A DNA stretch of 64,000 nucleotides from a virus (taxonomy: Duplodnaviria; Caudoviricetes). The stretch lies in IMG/VR virus record IMGVR_UViG_3300048881_000780, one strand, 5' to 3'. The translations under genes were made by a program, and so were the position numbers. Positions 57,701 through 64,000 of the stretch are shown one piece after another; position 1 is the first letter of the stretch; each line of letters starts with the position of its first letter. The notes under the pieces were generated by a model. The model made no database searches. It was not told where the DNA came from and saw only the letters and a program-made list of their open reading frames with translations.

Positions 57701-60137
57701 CACTATTAATGTTACAGTTAACCCTGTTAACGATGCTCCTACAATGGAAGTAATGGCATCTACAGTTGTAACTGACGAAGACGTTGCAGTAGGATTTCAG
57801 CTACCTAATGGAAGTGATATTGATGGCGATGCTCTAGCTTGGACAATCGTTACTCAACCAACGAACGGTTCAGTTGTTTGTAGTGTTAGAGATTGTACAT
57901 ATACTCCAGACTCAGGATTCAGTGGTTCTGATTCTCTACAAGCAGTAGTAAATGACGGGACAATCAATTCAAATATTATTGACGTTGATTTTACAGTTAA
58001 TAATGTTAACTCAGCTCCAACTCTATCAGCAGTTGCTCCACTCTACACAGATATTAATACGCCTTTAGACTTCTCACTTTCTGCAAATGATATTGATGGG
58101 GATAGCTTAAGCTACATTGTTTCTTTTGCACCATCAAATGGAGTGACAAATTGTATATCAAATAATTGTACTTATACACCTAGTAACGACTTCAATGGAA
58201 GCGATTCTTTTCAAATGAAAGTAAATGATGGTGAAGTTGATTCAAATATCATTACTATAAATGTGCAAGTTGGACCGCCTCCAGCGACAGCTTTTCAGGT
58301 AGAAGAAGAGAAATCTAGAATGTTATTAACTCTTAATAATGATAAGGTCTCTTATATAGATGAATTAAATGTTTACAATGATGTTTTTATCTCTCCTCTT
58401 GGCCTAACTAGTAATTCTAGACTTGATTCTCTTAGAAATTTATCTGGAGGTTTTTTAGCCGATGTAGGTCCAATTAAAACTAGATACGGAATGGGTCATA
58501 TGTTAAATAACTATTTATCTGAGATGTATATAGTACCATTCATTCAACCAGTTAAGATAACCGATAGAGTCGCTTCTAGACAGACTGATTCAGAATCATG
58601 TTTTTTTCTTGGGGACGATAACGATAATGCTTATCTTCAATGTAACGGAAGTGCCAGTGGCTCTTACGCTAGTCTTGATACATGTGGATTTAATTTTAGT
58701 GAAATTATTGCCACTGATAAGTTTAGTAATATGATTGCAAAGAAAGGATCACTTGACTCGTCTAGTGGAAGTGATGTTTACACTTACCATAGGTATACAT
58801 GTGACGGAACTCAACAATGGGCCCCAATACCACTTGAAATTGAAGAGCCTCTAGGGTTTATAGCTCCAGGTCACGTTTACTATGAGAAATCTCCAGGGCT
58901 TTATGGGTTAATTAGTTTAATTGACTATACTGAAAAAACTGAGTTCACTAACTTTGGTGATATTTCTAAGAAATACAACATTAGAAATAGAACTACTGAA
59001 GACGTATTTGGTGCAGATAACGCTGGTGCAATAGGAAACCACCCGTCACTATATGGAGCTCCTCATGCCGTTATGGTTCCAATGGACTCTGGAGGAGAAG
59101 ATTATAAATTCTTTTTTAGAAGTGAAGATGGATCTACATATGCTTCAGGATTTACTTATCTTAATACTCATAGAAATGACGCAATATCTGATCATGTAGC
59201 AGTAAAGGTTTACTCTAATTATGGATTCGCAATTCCATTAAATGCAGCGGGAAAGATGACTCATATTGGAACACTTCACCCGGATTTTTTATCAATTAAG
59301 ACGGATACAATTCACGATATACTTGTTCATCCTCATGACATGATGGTTATCTCAACTAGCGGTAATTTTGTTATGATCCGTACGGGAGTTGGAAGTTCGA
59401 ACTTATTTCACGCATCTAACGTGAGAAAACTTGATGTTGATTTTGATATTACGAAAGCAGTAGACTTTACGATTATCGATAATACCGAAACTGGCGGTGA
59501 AGACGTTATCCTTGTCACAGATAGTGATTTAAATAGAGCTCTATATGCTGATTCTTATGCTAGTGGAAGTATTAACCCTGTTATTCACAAGAGAGCAGAT
59601 TTTACGTTTACAGCTGACGAGGAAGTAATGACAGAGTTCACTCTACCTGCGGCGGGTAGCGACCATTATATAGTATCTCAAGGGACTCAAAATGGGACAC
59701 TCGCCTGTGTATCTGGGGTGTGTCAGTATCATGGTAATCTAGACTTTAGAGGATCTGAATTCTTCTCTATAGTACCTTCTCTTGGTGGAGAAGAGAAATT
59801 GGTAGAGCTTGCAATTTTAGATACTCCTGATGCTCCAAAGTTAGGTACGGTGTCACCTCTTAGTGCTCCAAGTAATGGTGGATACTCTTATCTAGATATT
59901 CCAATCATTTCTAATCAAAGAGCAAGTGATTTAACAGTTGAAATCCTAGTTCAGCCAGCGAACGCAAGTGTACAGTGGTGTTCAGCGAGTCATGAGTATA
60001 ATAAGGATGAGGGCCTATTGAGATGTAGAGTTCTTGTTCCAAATATAGCGCCTTCTGGACCAGATACAATTAAGGTTAGAGTTACTGACTCAAAGGGACT
60101 GTCAGTTGAGATAGATATTAACTTTGATATATACTAA
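54798..60137 (+). CDS. Giant surface lipoprotein/adhesin: shared N-terminal domain, 10 tandem-95/cadherin-like repeats, unique domain, 2 degenerate repeats
   Basis: Lipobox LTGC; repeated T.ED...D.DGD...NG...C-x3-7-C.YTP..NF.G.D...VNDAP. Confidence 0.9.
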   Translation: MFTKRLLSIILTSFLLTGCVKPTNNNKGPSVLNEIEETKSEQYISVIVNSNYKVIDSIANLGSNIGWSSRVLDICEIRENAGNYEVRLKDGLSFTKDTIIFANANDKLVGFMFEGVEDVGGTLNGVIVDIAPEISQIISIPIVSESAPSVNLRSPKIKIILDGETVPQTYTGLSITSRGRISVPKDIGGEVIIESNRREYGRFTLTRFGPGSLVMPDLIPEFNPTAITLSTDEDVTEAFQIPEASFPAVGVQEYEVRDNPTNGTLACTNRDCSYTPNPGFVGVDTFSVRAFLDRSPSEPLVYTMNVLDTPDNPILEDANLVVTDENTPVAFNLANATDPDGDVNLTYTIVSPLGAGDGTLTCSVMPACNYTPVNGFVGEVSFTLKVTDSTGLDSQTKIQRIQVNNVNDAPVLDDPVLVETNQATPVTFNLPSASDADGDAITYFKESDPSNGGISCNLSANPKTCTYSPNISFVGDDSFSIYVEDSNSARSASKTITIRVHDVNEAPTIAAQSVAYSTNEDTTLTGMQLPLGSDPDGDAVRHVVVTNPANGSITCSNSGLCNYTPSLNFNGTDTLQVKVTDESLDSEIRDITITVNPINDAPELSIASGPVTTPENTPVTFTIPMTASDVDNTQGELTWNVSAPVNGSIDCSSAPSCTYTPNNSFIGSESLDIYVSDLEPLSSITRSLTIDITNVNDAPVLEEMAGAVITNEDTLVNFQLPNASDADGDSLTWLAHTQPANGTLSCNASGNCDYTPSLNFNGADTFKAKVNDGSLDSNIVDVSITVNPINDAPELSVASNAINTPEDTPITFTIPMTATDVDNAQGELIWSVSAPANGSIDCSSAPSCTYTPNLNFVGSESLSISISDLEPLSSSVRTLEINVSNSNDAPVLASVSDLSTDEDQSVDFTLSATDADGDAISYLVESQGGNGSVSCVDENCTYTPNLNFNGSDSFQMKANDSTVDSNIITINVTVNPVNDAPTMEVMASTVVTDEDVAVGFQLPNGSDIDGDALAWTIVTQPTNGSVVCSVRDCTYTPDSGFSGSDSLQAVVNDGTINSNIIDVDFTVNNVNSAPTLSAVAPLYTDINTPLDFSLSANDIDGDSLSYIVSFAPSNGVTNCISNNCTYTPSNDFNGSDSFQMKVNDGEVDSNIITINVQVGPPPATAFQVEEEKSRMLLTLNNDKVSYIDELNVYNDVFISPLGLTSNSRLDSLRNLSGGFLADVGPIKTRYGMGHMLNNYLSEMYIVPFIQPVKITDRVASRQTDSESCFFLGDDNDNAYLQCNGSASGSYASLDTCGFNFSEIIATDKFSNMIAKKGSLDSSSGSDVYTYHRYTCDGTQQWAPIPLEIEEPLGFIAPGHVYYEKSPGLYGLISLIDYTEKTEFTNFGDISKKYNIRNRTTEDVFGADNAGAIGNHPSLYGAPHAVMVPMDSGGEDYKFFFRSEDGSTYASGFTYLNTHRNDAISDHVAVKVYSNYGFAIPLNAAGKMTHIGTLHPDFLSIKTDTIHDILVHPHDMMVISTSGNFVMIRTGVGSSNLFHASNVRKLDVDFDITKAVDFTIIDNTETGGEDVILVTDSDLNRALYADSYASGSINPVIHKRADFTFTADEEVMTEFTLPAAGSDHYIVSQGTQNGTLACVSGVCQYHGNLDFRGSEFFSIVPSLGGEEKLVELAILDTPDAPKLGTVSPLSAPSNGGYSYLDIPIISNQRASDLTVEILVQPANASVQWCSASHEYNKDEGLLRCRVLVPNIAPSGPDTIKVRVTDSKGLSVEIDINFDIY

Positions 60138-60143
60138 TAATTT

Positions 60144-60169
60144 GAAGACTGGGGTTAATCCCAGTCTTC
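60144..60169. terminator. Hairpin between convergent genes, overlapping the FtsK stop
   Basis: GAAGACTGGG-gttaat-CCCAGTCTTC. Confidence 0.65.
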
Positions 60170-63100
60170 TTCATTGTCGTCATCAATATCACCGAACTCA
60201 TCTTCTTCATCTTCAGTAAATTGGTTAAAATCTAATGGAATATTTTCCTCTTTATTATTTAGATATTCTTCATGATCTACATCAAAATCATCGTCAGAAT
60301 TTTTCTTCTTCTTGTATCCCATCATTGTAGCAAGATCATCAGATGAAATCTCTTCGCTATCATTCTCTTCTTCAAATAAGCTATCAAATCCAACAGGTGA
60401 AGAATTCTTATGTTCCGCTTCAGTTATAAAATCATTAATATCTTCGTGTTCGATTATTTCAATATAGTCGATTTTATCCGCTTCATGTCTTAATTGAACA
60501 GTCATTCCACCCATTAAATAAACTACAATCTTTCTAAACTCGAACCCGTCATCAAGATGTTGTCTTCTTAAATAAACCAAATGATCTACAAACTTGGTAT
60601 CTAATTTTGAGGCCCCATCTAGATCTAGACATATAATGCCATCGCACATCTTCGTTTCAGCAGATACCCATCTAATCAAATCAACATCTTTTTGAAATGA
60701 CTTTTTTCCACTTAGATCCTTAAGGTTTCCTTTACTTCTTTCATTTTTAGCAAACTCAGTATTAAAACCTCTTAAATCTTCTAATCTCTTAACCCATGCA
60801 GGAAAATACTTTCCTCTTTTCATTGGCCTTATTTTTTCTGGAATTTCATAGATATCATCTACAAATGTTCTATTAAAATTGTAAATATCTTCTTTTATAT
60901 TTGAATCACTTAGAATTATAATCCCTTTACTGTTTGCGTACTCAATAGCATCTTTTTGAAATTTTCCAGTTGTTACAAAAATAAATCTTTCAAATTCAAT
61001 GCCACACATATCCCTATATAGATCAATGGTCTTTAGAACCTTTTTTAAGTCATCTTTGTTGCTGGCGCTAGTAGGTCTATTTTTACACTGAATTCCAACT
61101 GCTTTCTTGTTTTTTCTATCTGTCCAGTACAGTAGATCTAGACCGGAATCTCGACCACCTTTATGAACTTTAGAGCTTAATATTCCTCTAGATTTTAACT
61201 CATCGGTTGACTCGACATCCTTCCCTTGTTTTCTTAAGAATGAAGCATACCACTTCTCAAAAAGAGGGCCTTTATCTTTAGTCTTAGTTGTTTTTAACTT
61301 TTCATATTCTTTTAAATTGATTTGATCATCAACTTTTTCATCACTTTGTTGAATAGCGATAATGTCTGAAGACTTTTGTTGTGGCTCTATTAATCCCCAA
61401 AAAATTGGTTCCTTTATTTGGTCACCTTGATTTTTAATGGCCTTAAGTAGTGGCTTATTGTAATCAAGAGGTGTTAAAACTTCACACGAGTTTGCAGTCG
61501 TATCTATTAGATCTAGGGCCGACTTTACTTGGGAGTTTTTAAGAGTTTTAAACATATAGATAATTTTATGATCACTAACAAGCTTTCCTTCTGAGTCTTT
61601 ATCTATTTCAATATAACCTTCCTTAATGACTCTATCGTTAAACCTAATGTCAACTTCATCTCCATTTAAGATTGCCAGAGCATACTTTTTGCCAGTTTTT
61701 TCATTTTTAAAGAATAGACTAAATGAGTAGTACTGAGGGTTATAAGTCTTTAATACTTTATAATCCTCATGCTTAATGAATGCACTCAGAACCATATTAA
61801 AAAATTTCTTGATATCCATTTTTTGAAAATCGATACCATCAAAACCTTTCTCAATAACAACCATGGCCCTATCGTAATCAGGAGTCTTAGCCATATCAAC
61901 TTTGCTCTCAATTCGATCTAGAGTCAGATTCATATTCTCACCTAAGTAAGGTTGATAAGCTGGAATAAGAGGCGATCTAGTTACTTTACACGTTAAATGG
62001 GGGCATTCTATGAGAGCTTCACCTGTCTTTAATTTCCCAGGTTCAAAACCAGAGAAGTCTACCTGAAGAACTTCCTTCATATATTTAATATCCCTACCAG
62101 TAATTCTCATAATAATACGTGTAGATAAGTTTGTAGCTAGTCTAGATGGAAATGTGGCCGCTCTAGCTTCCTGAGATGCTAAAATAGCACTTATTCCAAC
62201 TTTACGATATTGAGACAGGAATTCATGAAGTAATTGTGCTGGAGAACCGGGAGATTTAGAATTTGAATCAAACTGAAGAAATTCTGATAATCCTGCAAAT
62301 TCGTCAATAGCAACGATTATATGAGGCAACTTTTTTCCGGTAATTCTCTTGTAGTCTTGAATATTGGCACATGTAGTTCCGGTTTCAATTGAAACTTCTC
62401 TAAAAAGTGCAATCCTCTCTCTTTGTCTCTTTTGAACATATTTTAAAACATTTTGTACTTCCACAAGAGGATGAGAGGTGTCAGATCCTATGACTTTCCT
62501 AAATGATGTATGTCCAAATTTAGAAAATTTTTGGTGAATCGGATCGAATTCTTCTGAATCTGAACCGTTCCCGCAAATAATTTCAACTTCGGAACCATAT
62601 ACCTGTGCATGAAAAAGTAGCATACTTTTAAGATATTCAGACTTTCCCGAACCAGTAGTTCCTACTATCATTAAGTGAGGTGATAAATCTGAACTCACAA
62701 AAATTTCACCAGATGCGCTTCCGATATCAATAGAGCCATCGCGAACACCTCCAAAGTACCAGTGAAACTGATTTGTCTCTTTATAAAGTTTTTGAAGTTC
62801 TTTAACCGGCCCGTTAATCCAGTTGTCAAATTCTTCAGCAACAGTTGTTTCAACACACTTTTTTACATCTTTTTTAGTATGCAAAATATATGTATCTGGA
62901 TTATCTTGAGATTGACTCGCAAATGTATACTCAAATCTCTTTTCTTTTGTAGAGTATTCAATACTGAATTGTTCCATTGCTTTTTGTAGATCATCAATTT
63001 TAATACCTAAATTTCTACAGTCTAAATGAAGATCTCCATTGCTTTTTAATTCAATTGTTGGATATTTTCTATTGTATATTTCACCAAGAACTTCGTCATA

Positions 63101-63805
63101 AAAGAGTTTAAAGTCATCACATATTTTATGAAATCTTCTCTCTCTTTGGTCTTTTAGAGTTAAAAACTCTACTTCTAATTGTCCGTTCTTATTTGGTTTA
63201 ACTACACCATATTGAGATTTTCCAATCCTTAAATCATAAAGTCCTTGAATTAGAGTAGCATTATAGTTTTTTTCATTTTTTCTAAACTGTTGCATGGCCT
63301 CTTTTCTAATATTGAAAATAATTACCTTTTTACCTTGAACTTCAAATTGCGGATAATAGTCTCTTGTTTTTTTAATTGGTTTTCCAGTTTGATCAACCTT
63401 TGGTCTCTTAAAGAACCACCAACCTTCGAGAACATATCTGTCGGTCGTTTCTGAATATACGAGGGCCACAGAATTCATTAATTCAAAATATTGATCTAGA
63501 AAAGTCTTTTCTTTACTTGGAGCAAGCTTTATTAAAATTATACCGAGTAAAATAACTGCAAAAATTACTAAAAAAATAGGTCTCTCTTGAATTAATTTTA
63601 CAACTGGGAAATCCATGAAAATAACGACGTACTTCTTTAGAAGTTTAAAAAATGGTTTCATTATTGATGGAGATAGAAAGTGCTCTAACAAATCGCTGTC
63701 TACATATTTTACAAGAATCTTTCTGAAGCTCCTGTTAAATATATAGTTATAACAGAGACTAATATATCCAATAAATAGTGCTAAATAAAACTTAAAATAA
63801 TTCAT
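60155..63805 (-). CDS. Membrane-anchored FtsK/SpoIIIE-family ATPase fused to Mrr-like PD-(D/E)xK nuclease domain(s)
   Basis: TM helix; PHLMIVGTTGSGKS, IIVAIDEFA, ILASQ, TRI; FEKW...DSGLDLL...GIQCKN...IFVTTGKF..DAIEYA; acidic tail. Confidence 0.85.
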   Translation of the reverse strand: MNYFKFYLALFIGYISLCYNYIFNRSFRKILVKYVDSDLLEHFLSPSIMKPFFKLLKKYVVIFMDFPVVKLIQERPIFLVIFAVILLGIILIKLAPSKEKTFLDQYFELMNSVALVYSETTDRYVLEGWWFFKRPKVDQTGKPIKKTRDYYPQFEVQGKKVIIFNIRKEAMQQFRKNEKNYNATLIQGLYDLRIGKSQYGVVKPNKNGQLEVEFLTLKDQRERRFHKICDDFKLFYDEVLGEIYNRKYPTIELKSNGDLHLDCRNLGIKIDDLQKAMEQFSIEYSTKEKRFEYTFASQSQDNPDTYILHTKKDVKKCVETTVAEEFDNWINGPVKELQKLYKETNQFHWYFGGVRDGSIDIGSASGEIFVSSDLSPHLMIVGTTGSGKSEYLKSMLLFHAQVYGSEVEIICGNGSDSEEFDPIHQKFSKFGHTSFRKVIGSDTSHPLVEVQNVLKYVQKRQRERIALFREVSIETGTTCANIQDYKRITGKKLPHIIVAIDEFAGLSEFLQFDSNSKSPGSPAQLLHEFLSQYRKVGISAILASQEARAATFPSRLATNLSTRIIMRITGRDIKYMKEVLQVDFSGFEPGKLKTGEALIECPHLTCKVTRSPLIPAYQPYLGENMNLTLDRIESKVDMAKTPDYDRAMVVIEKGFDGIDFQKMDIKKFFNMVLSAFIKHEDYKVLKTYNPQYYSFSLFFKNEKTGKKYALAILNGDEVDIRFNDRVIKEGYIEIDKDSEGKLVSDHKIIYMFKTLKNSQVKSALDLIDTTANSCEVLTPLDYNKPLLKAIKNQGDQIKEPIFWGLIEPQQKSSDIIAIQQSDEKVDDQINLKEYEKLKTTKTKDKGPLFEKWYASFLRKQGKDVESTDELKSRGILSSKVHKGGRDSGLDLLYWTDRKNKKAVGIQCKNRPTSASNKDDLKKVLKTIDLYRDMCGIEFERFIFVTTGKFQKDAIEYANSKGIIILSDSNIKEDIYNFNRTFVDDIYEIPEKIRPMKRGKYFPAWVKRLEDLRGFNTEFAKNERSKGNLKDLSGKKSFQKDVDLIRWVSAETKMCDGIICLDLDGASKLDTKFVDHLVYLRRQHLDDGFEFRKIVVYLMGGMTVQLRHEADKIDYIEIIEHEDINDFITEAEHKNSSPVGFDSLFEEENDSEEISSDDLATMMGYKKKKNSDDDFDVDHEEYLNNKEENIPLDFNQFTEDEEDEFGDIDDDNEEDWD

Positions 63806-63838
63806 TAATTCCTCAGTGCTTATAATTCTCTTATCGTA

Positions 63839-64000
63839 TTAGGACAGTTTATGTAACTGAGGTAATTCAACCTTCGTTAAGTCATAGACCTTGATGCCCT
63901 TTTCCGCTAAGGAGATTTTAAATAAATTAATCTTTCTGGAAGTAATTGGATCTAGGTTAGAAAATAGATTTGCACATTCTATTGATCTGGTTAATCCATA
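63839..64000 (-). CDS. 3' end of a gene running off the window (...KGIKVYDLTKVELPQLHKLS)
   Basis: Open frame from the window edge to a TAA at 63839. Confidence 0.55.
   Translation of the reverse strand, partial: YGLTRSIECANLFSNLDPITSRKINLFKISLAEKGIKVYDLTKVELPQLHKLS

Noticed and set aside
2680-62989. Short ORFs nested in or antisense to long genes (2680, 8064, 9138, 17394, 21388, 23452, 26151, 26595, 27802, 30454, 30626, 31620, 33008, 36134, 40319, 40834, 41678, 42682, 44936, 51159, 55616, 56483, 62762)
   Set aside because: Shadow frames of well-supported genes, with no RBS or motif
1-64000. Jumbo phage or prophage call based on RNR and sigma
   Set aside because: No capsid, terminase, tail, polymerase or lysis gene was recognised; a phage-plasmid cannot be excluded from this window alone

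Overview
AT-rich (roughly 30% GC by eye) bacterial DNA that looks like part of a large plasmid, chromid or plasmid-like extrachromosomal element. Its centre is a full replicon: a 537-aa putative Rep gene, a 1.3-kb origin with about 25 CAYTAAAAGTACC iterons, a parA plus small centromere-binding-protein operon, and a heptamer centromere array. It also carries a split class Ia ribonucleotide reductase (nrdA, nrdB), a divergent sigma-70-family factor, a tyrosine recombinase with a Zn-ribbon insert, and an FtsK/SpoIIIE ATPase fused to Mrr-like nuclease domains. Surface genes include two giant Ig-repeat lipoproteins, two chaperone-usher-like pilins and a lipoprotein family sharing an N-terminal domain I do not recognise. 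An accessory island holds TA-like modules, orphan antitoxin domains and two ADP-ribosyltransferase-like genes. The most interesting signal is a two-class promoter architecture: about 15 gene-proximal TACGATAA boxes (12 of them 16-25 nt before a start codon) and a set of TATAAT-N6-ATG leaderless starts. These sit alongside an encoded sigma factor whose -10 and -35 recognition residues are altered. A Bdellovibrionota (Halobacteriovorax/Bacteriovorax-like) host is my inference from protein style only. I saw no CRISPR array, tRNA, rRNA, transposase, reverse transcriptase or phage structural gene.
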